Assembly (NCBI GenBank): GCA_021789935.1
Contig: JAJYIR010000012.1
Location: forward strand, 2,219 to 66,218
Length of the DNA stretch: 64,000 bases
Reading direction: 5' to 3'
Source of the DNA: Nitrospirota bacterium
GTDB lineage: Bacteria > Nitrospirota > Thermodesulfovibrionia > Thermodesulfovibrionales > JdFR-88
Both the position numbers and the translations under genes were made by a program. This document shows positions 9,875 through 19,200 of the stretch, in pieces (position 1 is the first letter of the stretch; each line of letters begins with the position of its first letter). Below the pieces are notes generated by a model that worked only from the letters and a program-made list of their open reading frames with translations, made no database searches and was not told the DNA's origin.

Positions 9875-11068
9875 ATGACTTTGACGGACCAGAAGATAAG
9901 AGGCCTAATAAATGAGTTGGGGTCCGGCGGCGCTTCTGCCAGGCGCAGGGCGGCCGAGGAGCTATCAAGCGGAGATGAACGGGCGTTGCTGCCGCTCATT
10001 AAGGCCTTGGGAGACAAAAACCCCGGGGTCCAGGATGCCGCCATGCGCTCGCTCATAGACATTGGCGGAGAGGCCGCTGCGTATATGGTGCTGCCGCTTC
10101 TGCGCGGGGACGCCTTTATAAGAAACACCGCAGTCATAATCCTGCAGGAGATCGGTGCGGACGCGGTCCCGATGCTTGGCCCCCTTTTAAACGACAAAGA
10201 CGAAGACATTCGCAAATTCGCCATAGACATGATATACGAAATAGGTTCCTGCGACCGGCCGGATGTGCTGCTGGCCATTCTTAAGGGCGACCCTAATCCA
10301 AACGTCCGGGTTTCTGCCGCAAAGGCCCTGGGCGCTCTCCGGTACGAGCAGGCGGTCCCCGCTTTGATCGAGGCGCTGAGAGACACTGAATGGGTCTGTT
10401 TTTCCGCTCTTGAGGCCCTCTCGCAGATTAAAGACAATTCATCTGTAGAGGCGGTGGCGGAACTGCTCTACAGCCCTTCGGAGGCCGTCAGAAGCGAGGC
10501 CATCCAGGCGGCCGCTGCCATCGGGACCGAAGATGCGCTTAACGCTCTAAGAGAGCATCTTGCGATGGAGGACTTGCCGGAATCCGAGAAGCTTCTGACT
10601 GTAAGGGGCCTTCTTTCAGCCGGAGTTGTCCCGGAGTCAAAAGGGGCGGCCGAAACCATGCTCAATCTGCTTATGGAGGGCGACTGGGACGACAAGCTGC
10701 TGGCCTTCATGGGACTTTCCGCCATCAAGGACGAGAGGGCGCTTTTTCATATCATCGATGCTGCCGGATCCATCAGTCCCTCCTCTCCGGATTCCGAGCA
10801 CAAATTTCATGAGATAAAGAGCGCGCTCATGGGGTTCGGGTGCCAGGAGGCCCTCCTGACCCTGGTAAACGACGGGCGGCTGAAATTCAAGGGACTCGCT
10901 TTCCTTATAGAGCTTCTTGGCGAGATGAGGTGCGCAGAGGCGGCCCCTTTGATCAGGCCTTTGCTGGCAAGCAATCTACATGACATAAAAAAGGCAAGCG
11001 CAAAGGCACTCTGGGAGCTTGAGGGCAATTCGGCCGGTCTTTCCGGGGAAGACAGGGAAAGCGCTTGA
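9875..11068 (+). CDS. HEAT/PBS-lyase repeat protein associated with the chemotaxis cassette
   Basis: Repeated L..D....VR..AA.ALG helical motifs; immediately upstream of cheR. Confidence 0.8.
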   Translation: MTLTDQKIRGLINELGSGGASARRRAAEELSSGDERALLPLIKALGDKNPGVQDAAMRSLIDIGGEAAAYMVLPLLRGDAFIRNTAVIILQEIGADAVPMLGPLLNDKDEDIRKFAIDMIYEIGSCDRPDVLLAILKGDPNPNVRVSAAKALGALRYEQAVPALIEALRDTEWVCFSALEALSQIKDNSSVEAVAELLYSPSEAVRSEAIQAAAAIGTEDALNALREHLAMEDLPESEKLLTVRGLLSAGVVPESKGAAETMLNLLMEGDWDDKLLAFMGLSAIKDERALFHIIDAAGSISPSSPDSEHKFHEIKSALMGFGCQEALLTLVNDGRLKFKGLAFLIELLGEMRCAEAAPLIRPLLASNLHDIKKASAKALWELEGNSAGLSGEDRESA

Positions 11069-11889
11069 TAGTCACGGGTGTCATTCTACGGGATGAGAGC
11101 TTTAAGCAATTAAGGGATTTCATTTATGAACAATGCGGTATTTTTATACCCGACACCAAGAAATACCTGATTGAGAAAAGGCTTGCGGGCAGGCTTCAGG
11201 TAAACAGGCTGAATGATTTTGACCAATATATGGAACTTCTGCGCGGAAGCCGGCACGGGGAGGAGATCACTCCCCTTATAGACGCCATCACTACGAACGA
11301 GACATATTTTTTCAGAGAGCCAGACCATTTCTCCGTTTTTTTGGATCATATCGTGCCGGAGCTGCTGCGGCCGGGGATGAAAAATATCAACGTTTGGTCC
11401 AGCGCCTGCTCTACGGGAGAGGAGCCCTACACGCTGGCAATTCTCCTTAAGGAGAAATACCCGGGTTTGAAGTTCGGCATTCTCGGCTCGGACATAAGCA
11501 ACGCGACTTTGGAGGCCGCCAGGAAAGGGGTTTACAATTCCTATTCGGTCAGGAACACCCCGGAGCAGTATGCCGCAAGATATTTCAGGCGGTGCGACAA
11601 CTGCTATGAACTTTCTCCGGTCGTAAAAGAATGCGTGAGATTCATTAACATAAATCTTGTAAGCGATAGAAAAATCAATTTCCCTGTGGGCATGGACGTC
11701 ATCTTTTGCCGGAACGTTCTCATATATTTTGACGTGAAGTCCAAGAGAAAGGCTGTTTCCAACCTTTATGACAGCCTTAACCCGGGAGGGTATCTGATTA
11801 TCGGGAAATCCGAGGGGCTTCATGATATTACACGGGCTTTCAAGCCCGTGATCATTAATAATACATTAATCTACCAGAGGGCAATGTGA
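11065..11889 (+). CDS. cheR: Chemotaxis methyltransferase CheR
   Basis: TTNETYFFRE, WSSACSTGEEPY and FCRNVLIYF motifs. TTG start. Confidence 0.93.
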   Translation: MIVTGVILRDESFKQLRDFIYEQCGIFIPDTKKYLIEKRLAGRLQVNRLNDFDQYMELLRGSRHGEEITPLIDAITTNETYFFREPDHFSVFLDHIVPELLRPGMKNINVWSSACSTGEEPYTLAILLKEKYPGLKFGILGSDISNATLEAARKGVYNSYSVRNTPEQYAARYFRRCDNCYELSPVVKECVRFININLVSDRKINFPVGMDVIFCRNVLIYFDVKSKRKAVSNLYDSLNPGGYLIIGKSEGLHDITRAFKPVIINNTLIYQRAM

Positions 11890-11890
11890 T

Positions 11891-12271
11891 ATGAAAATCC
11901 TTATTGTCGATGACTGCCGTACCACCAGGAAGCTCCTGAGCCTTTACGTCAAGGCCAAGGGGTTCGAGGTCGCCACCGCGGAAAACGGCCTTGACGCAAT
12001 GGAGAAGATCGCTCAAGGCAGCATAAATATGATAATAACGGACCTGAATATGCCGTTCATGGACGGGATAGAACTTACGAAGACGCTGAGGGCGGACTCC
12101 GCATGCTCCCATATTCCCGTGCTGATGGTAACCACGGAGAAAGACGCCGATGAAAAAAGGAGGGCATGCGAGGCCGGGGTGAACGGTTTCATGATGAAGC
12201 CGGTGAGCGCCGAGGACGTTGTAAAGAATGTCAGGAGCCTGATGAAAAACATGTTCGGACAGGAGGTATAG
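11891..12271 (+). CDS. Single-domain response regulator (CheY-like)
   Basis: ILIVDD, ITDLNMP, VTT and KP receiver residues are intact. Confidence 0.85.
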   Translation: MKILIVDDCRTTRKLLSLYVKAKGFEVATAENGLDAMEKIAQGSINMIITDLNMPFMDGIELTKTLRADSACSHIPVLMVTTEKDADEKRRACEAGVNGFMMKPVSAEDVVKNVRSLMKNMFGQEV

Positions 12272-12670
12272 ATGAATTTAGACACCAAGATGAAAATCCT
12301 CGTGGTGGACGATTTTTCCACGATGAGGCGCATTGTCAAAAATATCCTTAAGCAGCTTGGATTTGAAAGGATGGAGGAGGCCGAGGACGGCCAGCAGGCA
12401 TATAACAAGCTGACGAGCGAGGGCGGTTTCCAGTTCGTCGTGAGCGACTGGAATATGCCGAACATGGACGGACTGGACCTGCTCAGGAAGGTCCGCGCGA
12501 ACCCTGAGCTCAAGGACATGCCTTTTCTGATGATCACCGCGGAGGCGGAAAAACACAAGGTGATAGAGGCGATAAAAGCGGGTGTCAGCAATTATGTGGT
12601 GAAGCCGTTTACGGCCGAGGTCCTCAAGGAGAAGCTGGACAAGATCTTTGAAAAAAGGGCACAGGGGTAG
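12272..12670 (+). CDS. cheY: Chemotaxis response regulator CheY
   Basis: [13 protein letters not shown] and [10 protein letters not shown], very close to canonical CheY. Confidence 0.95.
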   Translation: MNLDTKMKILVVDDFSTMRRIVKNILKQLGFERMEEAEDGQQAYNKLTSEGGFQFVVSDWNMPNMDGLDLLRKVRANPELKDMPFLMITAEAEKHKVIEAIKAGVSNYVVKPFTAEVLKEKLDKIFEKRAQG

Positions 12671-12673
12671 GCC

Positions 12674-14506
12674 ATGTCAGATGATATGGAAGAGATAATA
12701 GCGGATTTCATCGTCGAGGGAGAGGAGACCCTCGACCGGATAGATCCGCTGTTTATTGAGCTGGAGGAGAAAGGTTTCGACCCGGGGATAATAAACGAGA
12801 TATTCAGGGGCATGCACACCATGAAGGGGGCCGCGGGTTTTCTCGGCTTCCAAAAGATTGTGGATGTATCCCACAGGGCGGAGACGATCCTCAAAAAAGT
12901 GCGTGACAAAGAGATATCCCTGGAGCCCCGGCTTGTGGACGTGATCCTTAAGAGTTTCGACATGGTGAGGCTCCTTATCGGAAACATAAAGGCAAAGGAC
13001 CATGCGGAGACGGATATCTCCCGGATGTTGGAAGACCTTGATGATGCCCTCAAGGCATCTGAAAAAAACCCGTCGAAGACGGTCGTAAAGGCAAGGCCGG
13101 CCGTGATCGAAGCGCCGGCATGCGGGACACCTGAGGCCCATGCCTGCCCGGAGCCCGTCCCGGACGGCGCCGGGAAAACGAAAACCGCGCATTTGCCTTC
13201 AGAAGAGGCCCGGACCCCGCAGAAGGAAATTAAAAATGAGGCCATCCAGAACCTGAGGATAGGCGTGGATAAAATAGACCATGTCATGAACCTGACCGGC
13301 GAGGTGGTGCTTATCAGAAACAGGCTCCTCAACCTGGCGGGCGGCCTTGAACACAGGTACGCCTCAGATCAGCAGGTCGAGAGCCTTCTGGAGGCCGTCT
13401 CCTTTCTGGACCTGCTCACGTCCGACATGCAGCTTGCGGTGATGCGGATGAGGATGCAGCCGCTAAAAAAAGTGCTTGGCAAGTTCCCTCGCATGGTGAA
13501 GGAGATATCCGCTCCGCTCGGAAAGAATGTGGAGCTTAGGATCTCGGGTGAGGACACAGAAGTGGACAAGTCCGTTATAGAGCAGATAGGAGACCCTCTT
13601 GTCCACATAATCAGAAACTCCATCGACCATGCCATTGAGCCAACGGAGGAGAGGACCGCCATAGGGAAGCCGGAAAGGGGCGTTATATCGATAAACGCCA
13701 GCCAGAAGGGCAGCCAGATTATCATAGAGGTTTCGGATGACGGCCGGGGAATAGACGTTGAGAAGGTCAAGCGCAAGGCGATAGACAAGGGACTCATAAG
13801 CGAGGAGGACGCGTCGGCCCTGGGCCGGGAGGGGGCAGTCAATCTCATATTCATGCCCGGTCTTTCCACAAACGACGTGGCCACGGAGCTGTCCGGCCGG
13901 GGCGTCGGTATGGACGTCGTCAAGAACAATGTATCCAGGCTTAACGGGTTCATAGAGATAATGACTAAAAAAGGCGAAGGCACTACCATCAGGATAAGCC
14001 TGCCGCTTACACTGGCCATAATCCATGCCCTGCTGGTGGAGGTAAAGGGCTCCGTTTACGCCATACCGCTTACACTCGTCGATGAGACCCTTAAGGTGGC
14101 GAAAAGTGAAATACAGGGGCTTTTGCAAAAAAGGGTCCTCAATATCAGGGGGCGGGTATATCCATTTTTTGAGCTGTCCGATCTCCTGGACGGACAATCC
14201 GGTTCTCCAGGTATTCATCTGCCCGGTTTCCCCGGGAATGTCACGCAGCAATCCTCTCCAGGGGCCGTGGAGGACTCCGCGGGCAGGTATGTTATCGTTG
14301 TCGCTGTCGCCGACAGCAGGTTCTGCATCGGGGTGGACAGCCTTCTTGGTCTTCAGGAGGTCGTCATCAAATCCATAACCGGCTCCAGCAACGTCGCTCC
14401 CTGCATACTCGGGGCCACCATATCGGGAGACGGAAAGGTGATATTGATAATGGACCTGGGTCATATCGCCCGCAGCCTGTTTGATAAGGAGCGCGCGCAG
14501 GTATGA
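12674..14506 (+). CDS. cheA: Chemotaxis histidine kinase CheA (Hpt, dimerisation, HATPase and CheW domains; no evident P2)
   Basis: FRGMHTMKG, HIIRNSIDH, DDGRG and SGRGVGMDVV motifs, plus C-terminal P5. Confidence 0.95.
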   Translation: MSDDMEEIIADFIVEGEETLDRIDPLFIELEEKGFDPGIINEIFRGMHTMKGAAGFLGFQKIVDVSHRAETILKKVRDKEISLEPRLVDVILKSFDMVRLLIGNIKAKDHAETDISRMLEDLDDALKASEKNPSKTVVKARPAVIEAPACGTPEAHACPEPVPDGAGKTKTAHLPSEEARTPQKEIKNEAIQNLRIGVDKIDHVMNLTGEVVLIRNRLLNLAGGLEHRYASDQQVESLLEAVSFLDLLTSDMQLAVMRMRMQPLKKVLGKFPRMVKEISAPLGKNVELRISGEDTEVDKSVIEQIGDPLVHIIRNSIDHAIEPTEERTAIGKPERGVISINASQKGSQIIIEVSDDGRGIDVEKVKRKAIDKGLISEEDASALGREGAVNLIFMPGLSTNDVATELSGRGVGMDVVKNNVSRLNGFIEIMTKKGEGTTIRISLPLTLAIIHALLVEVKGSVYAIPLTLVDETLKVAKSEIQGLLQKRVLNIRGRVYPFFELSDLLDGQSGSPGIHLPGFPGNVTQQSSPGAVEDSAGRYVIVVAVADSRFCIGVDSLLGLQEVVIKSITGSSNVAPCILGATISGDGKVILIMDLGHIARSLFDKERAQV

Positions 14507-15753
14507 AAACCGAAATAATAAAATCCGCACAAACAAAAACTGTTTCCGGAGGTGTAGGCATGCGGCAGTACATTGGCTTCAAGCTGGGCTCGATGGAATA
14601 CACAATTCCAATACTGAAGGTCCGTGAGATCATAAATACCCCTGTAATCACGCGGATGCCGCAAGCCCCCGTTTACATCGAAGGGGTAACGAACCTGAGA
14701 GGAAGCATCATAGTCATAGTCAGTCTGAGGGCGCTCCTTAACATTAACGGTTCTCAGGATGAAGGCACCAGCGGAAAGATCATCGTCGTGTCAAGCGGGA
14801 AGATCACCTTTGGCGTGCTCGTTGACGGGATAACCGGAGTTGTTGAGGTAGACGATTCGGCCGTCGAGCACCCCGAGAGGTTTTTCTCCGAAAGGATGGA
14901 GCAGATAAAGGGGGTTGCCAGGATAAATGACAAGCTGCTTGTGCTGCTGGACCCAAGGAAACTTATTCCCTTTGAGGATGCATCGCTCTTCGAGGACGAT
15001 GTCCTTGATGTCACCGAGATCGGGGATGGCCATGTGGAAGTAACGAAAAGAGTGCAGACCATGGCCGGAGAGGTGAAGATCAAGGAGGTCCAGGACGCCA
15101 AACAATTTTTTGAGAAAAAGCTGGCTGGCGGCGACTGTGACAGCATTGTGAGCGAGGTCATGGGATTTCTTGACGCCATAGGGAACCAGGATTACGAGAA
15201 AGCCGAAACCGTCATCCAGGGCATCATGACGAAAGGCCGCGGCGACTTGTACAACGAGGTGGGCAAGGTGACCCGCAAGCTCCATAACTCCATAAAGAAT
15301 TTCAAGGAGGCAATTGACCCCAAGCTCAGGGGAATGGCCGAATTTGATATGCCCCAGGCGGTTGACCGCCTCCAGTTCGTTATTGACAGGACGGAGGAGG
15401 CCGCCAACAAGACAATGAGTTTTGTCGAAGGCTATATACTCAGGATGGACGAGCTTTCCTCCCACATAAGGCAAATAAAAGAGCCCCAGGAATCGGCTGA
15501 TTATCTTAAGGATTTCAAAAACAAACTGGAGGATGACCTGACCGAGGTACTGACGACGCAGTCATTCCAGGACCTGACCGGGCAGGCCCTCAAAAAGGTC
15601 ATAGATCTGGTGGGAGATATCGAAAAGGAGCTAGTAGTGCTGATAACCAGTTTTGGCGGTAATTTGGAACAGCAGGGCTCCTCCCGGGCGCTCGTTTCAG
15701 AAAAGGTCACGCAGGAAGGCGTCGACAGCCTTCTTACCGAGCTGGGTTTTTAA
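14503..15753 (+). CDS. CheW-CheZ fusion protein
   Basis: N-terminal CheW (VREII, GVTNLRG, GVLVDGI). C-terminal CheZ (RLQFVIDRTEEAANKTM, catalytic SFQDLTGQ, tail TQEGVDSLLTELGF). Start may be ATG 14560. Confidence 0.85.
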   Translation: MKTEIIKSAQTKTVSGGVGMRQYIGFKLGSMEYTIPILKVREIINTPVITRMPQAPVYIEGVTNLRGSIIVIVSLRALLNINGSQDEGTSGKIIVVSSGKITFGVLVDGITGVVEVDDSAVEHPERFFSERMEQIKGVARINDKLLVLLDPRKLIPFEDASLFEDDVLDVTEIGDGHVEVTKRVQTMAGEVKIKEVQDAKQFFEKKLAGGDCDSIVSEVMGFLDAIGNQDYEKAETVIQGIMTKGRGDLYNEVGKVTRKLHNSIKNFKEAIDPKLRGMAEFDMPQAVDRLQFVIDRTEEAANKTMSFVEGYILRMDELSSHIRQIKEPQESADYLKDFKNKLEDDLTEVLTTQSFQDLTGQALKKVIDLVGDIEKELVVLITSFGGNLEQQGSSRALVSEKVTQEGVDSLLTELGF

Positions 15754-15876
15754 ATTGTTTACTTCATCAGGCAATGCAGGAGGGGGAATTTTAATGACAA
15801 CAGGCACTAAAAAGAAAATGAAGACCGGCGATTTCCCCGGGGGCGCTTTCTTCCGGCAAAGAAAGGCGGTTTTGCC

Positions 15877-16998
15877 TTGGTAACAGTCCTCGTTGTGGAC
15901 GATTCCGCATTCATGCGCAACGTCCTTTCCAAGATGCTTGAATCGGACCCCGGCGTAAAGGTGGTTGGGACTGCCGGAGACGGGCTGGAGGCCGTGGAAA
16001 AGGCAGCGGCGCTCAGGCCGGACGTCATTACCATGGATGTCGAGATGCCGGGAATGGACGGCATTGAGGCACTGAAGAGGATAATGGCTGAAAACCCGGT
16101 ACCCGTTATAATGCTGAGCTCCCAGACCAGCGACGGGGCAAGGGTGACCCTGCATGCGCTTGAACTGGGGGCCATGGACTTCGTCTCTAAAAATCTCTCG
16201 GATTCCTCTCTGGACATAATGAAAATAAAGGGAGTGCTGGTTGAAAAAGTAAAGCATCTGGGGCAAAAAAAATTGTTCCCCAGGCCGGCAAGGCAACCCC
16301 AACGGGAAGTGCATGTTCCGGCCGATGCGTGCGGGGGCCGCATAAATGCCGACATAGTGGCCATTGGGACCTCAACGGGAGGGCCTAAATCGCTGCAGCA
16401 GATAATACCTTTTTTGCCGCGTAACTTCCCTGTGCCTGTGCTCGTCAGCCAGCACATGCCGGCCAATTTCACTAAGCCGTTTGCCGAAAGGCTGGACCAG
16501 CTTTCGGCCCTGGACGTGAAAGAGGCCGAGCACGGAGAGACGGTAAGAAGCGGCGTAGTCTATATAGCGCCAGGCGGAGGGCACATGAGCCTTTCCTGTG
16601 GACTGCCAAGGCCGGCCATCACCATCAGCCACGGCGGGGACTTTATCTACAGGCCGTCTGTAGATGCCCTGATGTCCTCGGTTGCCCTTTATTTCCCGGA
16701 AAGGTCCATTGGCGTGATACTTACAGGCATGGGCAATGACGGATTAAAAGGGCTTGAAAGTCTTAAGCGGGCAGGCGGAAAAGTAATCGCGCAGGACGAG
16801 AAGACCTGTGTCATCTATGGGATGCCCAGAGCGGTTGTTGAGGCCGGTCTCGCCGACAGCGTGCTTCCTCTCGGGGAGATACCGGAGGCCATTGTGAAAT
16901 ACGTATGCGGACCATATTGCCAGCCCGACCCCAGGATTGACCGGCTGAAGGACGGGTTGACGGGTGTCAGGGGCGGAAATTATAATAGTCCAACCTAA
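15877..16998 (+). CDS. cheB: Chemotaxis methylesterase CheB
   Basis: Receiver domain plus GTSTGGP, QHMP and GMGNDG catalytic motifs. TTG start. Confidence 0.95.
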   Translation: MVTVLVVDDSAFMRNVLSKMLESDPGVKVVGTAGDGLEAVEKAAALRPDVITMDVEMPGMDGIEALKRIMAENPVPVIMLSSQTSDGARVTLHALELGAMDFVSKNLSDSSLDIMKIKGVLVEKVKHLGQKKLFPRPARQPQREVHVPADACGGRINADIVAIGTSTGGPKSLQQIIPFLPRNFPVPVLVSQHMPANFTKPFAERLDQLSALDVKEAEHGETVRSGVVYIAPGGGHMSLSCGLPRPAITISHGGDFIYRPSVDALMSSVALYFPERSIGVILTGMGNDGLKGLESLKRAGGKVIAQDEKTCVIYGMPRAVVEAGLADSVLPLGEIPEAIVKYVCGPYCQPDPRIDRLKDGLTGVRGGNYNSPT

Positions 16999-17000
16999 AG

Positions 17001-18221
17001 ATGGCCAGGATTTTAATCATAGATGACGATCTGGAGATTGCGGAGATACTCGACTTGTACTGCGATTTCCTGGGTTATGAGGCCGACACCGTATCCTCCG
17101 GAACGCAGGCGATGCAGAAACTTGCAGACAACGGCTTTTACAATGCCGTCTTCTGCGATCTCACGCTTCAGGACCTGAACGGGTTCAAGATCTTTGAAAA
17201 GATCAGCGAGTCGGACCCGGAACTGGCTGGCAGGTTCATACTTCTCACCGGGGCCTCCCTGGACGGGGAGGTTGGGCTACAGGTAAAGCTAAAGAAGATC
17301 AAGGTCATCCAAAAACCTTTCAATTTCGATGATATAAAAAATTCACTGGAGTCTATCGAAGGGCGGGGGGCCGATTCGAAGAACATCCTTCTGCAGACGG
17401 GCAATCTGCCGGCCGTGCCCGCGGTCGCTGCCAGGATACTTGAACTTGTGGGTAATGAAAATACCGCCTTTGAAGAGCTTAAACAGGCCATAATGGTGGA
17501 CAATTCATTGACGTCACGGGTACTGCAGATGGCAAATTCGGTTTTTTTCCGGCTTCGGCAGAAAATTGACACTGTATCGGACGCCATAGCAGTACTCGGG
17601 TTCAACACGATACAGACTATAGCCCTTGCCGTCTCCACTCGCAATATCTATAAGAACTTCGGGTTGATAGAACAAAAGCTATGGGAGCACAGTCTTGGGG
17701 TTTCACTGGCGGCGGGGTTAATAGTGGACGAAGTGCGTTTCGGCAGGAATGTAAGGGAGGAGGCCGTTGTGGCCGGGCTTCTGCATGACGTCGGCAAGGT
17801 CATAATGAACAACGGCCAACCGGAGAAGTTCTTGCGTCTTGTTCAAATCGTTCATGAGGAGCGGGTGCCGTATCACACCGTTGAAAAGGATGTTTTCGGT
17901 TTCAGCCACGCTCAGCTTGGCTCGATGCTTGCTGAAAAATGGGGTTTTTCCGAGTCCCTTTCAAGCGTTATACTCCACCATCATGGATGGAGGAAGCTGG
18001 ACAAGGCCTCCATGGGCGGGGCGGACAGGCTCTGCCATGTTGTATCCCTTGCCGATGCGCTTTGCGCCAGGCTGGGCATCGGCTACAAGGAACCGATGCT
18101 CGATTTTGACCTGGGCGAGGAAGAGCTTAGAGGGCTGCTGAAGATCGAGGCCGGACCATATGGCGAGCTCGCATCTACCTTCAAGGAAACGTATCTTCTC
18201 GAAAAGATGCTTTTCACATAG
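17001..18221 (+). CDS. Receiver-HDOD domain protein
   Basis: N-terminal REC, then LP..P, VLQMANS, LWEHSL, GLLHDVGK and WGF HDOD motifs. Confidence 0.85.
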   Translation: MARILIIDDDLEIAEILDLYCDFLGYEADTVSSGTQAMQKLADNGFYNAVFCDLTLQDLNGFKIFEKISESDPELAGRFILLTGASLDGEVGLQVKLKKIKVIQKPFNFDDIKNSLESIEGRGADSKNILLQTGNLPAVPAVAARILELVGNENTAFEELKQAIMVDNSLTSRVLQMANSVFFRLRQKIDTVSDAIAVLGFNTIQTIALAVSTRNIYKNFGLIEQKLWEHSLGVSLAAGLIVDEVRFGRNVREEAVVAGLLHDVGKVIMNNGQPEKFLRLVQIVHEERVPYHTVEKDVFGFSHAQLGSMLAEKWGFSESLSSVILHHHGWRKLDKASMGGADRLCHVVSLADALCARLGIGYKEPMLDFDLGEEELRGLLKIEAGPYGELASTFKETYLLEKMLFT

Positions 18222-18237
18222 GAGGAGGCAAAAGGAA

Positions 18238-18390
18238 ATGTCAATTGAACCCGTAGGCAGCGTGCCGCAGGCCCCTGCAATAATAAGGCATGAGGACAAT
18301 CCCCCGCGTAAAAAGAAAAAAGAAAAGGAAAAAGAGGACAGGTCTGACGATGAGAAAAAGGGAAAAAGAAAGATAGACATAACCGTCTGA
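18238..18390 (+). CDS. Small Lys/Glu-rich hypothetical protein (50 aa)
   Basis: GGAGGAGG upstream of ATG 18238; MSIEPVGS...KGKRKIDITV*; in line with the operon. Confidence 0.55.
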   Translation: MSIEPVGSVPQAPAIIRHEDNPPRKKKKEKEKEDRSDDEKKGKRKIDITV

Positions 18391-18416
18391 AGACTGACCG
18401 GTGGATAGGGGCTGAA

Positions 18417-18788
18417 ATGTTCTGGAAAAAGAAAAAGAGTTCTCAAAATGCGGCAAAGGGAATTAAATATCCAGATGGGAAAAAACGGACCTCCGGGAAA
18501 CCGGGCATCGATATTGACGCCCTTAAGAAGCTGGAAGAAAGAATAGACGAGAAGATATCCCTCCTGACGGCCATTGAGGAAAAGGCCGGCAAAAAGCTAG
18601 AGGCCCTGGAGAAGCTTATGTATTCCTCCATGGCATCCAAACCGGCCTCCGGTATGATAAACCGCAGCGGCGAGATCCTGGCGCTTAAGGAAAAAGGGCT
18701 GGATGTACAGGAAATATCGAAGATACTTTCCGTCCCCGCAGGCGAAGTGGAGCTTATCCTCAGCCTGAAAGGAAGCGATCAGGCCTGA
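18417..18788 (+). CDS. Coiled-coil protein with C-terminal HTH-like motif (DUF2802-like, flagellar-cluster associated)
   Basis: C-terminal LKEKGLDVQEISKILSVPAGEVELILSL. Confidence 0.6.
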   Translation: MFWKKKKSSQNAAKGIKYPDGKKRTSGKPGIDIDALKKLEERIDEKISLLTAIEEKAGKKLEALEKLMYSSMASKPASGMINRSGEILALKEKGLDVQEISKILSVPAGEVELILSLKGSDQA

Positions 18789-19173
18789 AAAATTCTCCCC
18801 CCCATTTTCCCCTCTCATAATTCACTAATGGTGCCCCAACAGTTTTTCCCGGATTCCGCCTTCTCTTAGCCACGTCTTCTTTCATTCTTCATTGCCCGAA
18901 AGCCTTAACCGGCGTCCAAAAATTTTACCTGCATCCCGCTAAAGACATGCGGAATAACCAAACCCGGGACAACTGACCCTCAACCGTTAAATAATTGGCG
19001 CTGCCGGTAAATATTGCCAGCAGGGAATTTTTTTCCTGCCACGGTTTTTATGTCCTTCCGGATAGGCCCCGCAGGGGACTTTATCCGTCCGGATGAGGAA
19101 AGGCCTTGTGAATATTGGCTTTTCGGCCTTTTCCCACACCTGTTGAAAAAGCCATGGGGGGTATTTTCTTTAA

Positions 19174-19189
19174 TGGCATTGAAATTGCT
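19174..19189 (+). promoter_or_regulatory. Sigma54 promoter of flgFGAHIJ
   Basis: TGGCATTGAAATTGCT, exact GG-N10-GC spacing. Confidence 0.8.
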
Positions 19190-19200
19190 TTAGTTGAGGC

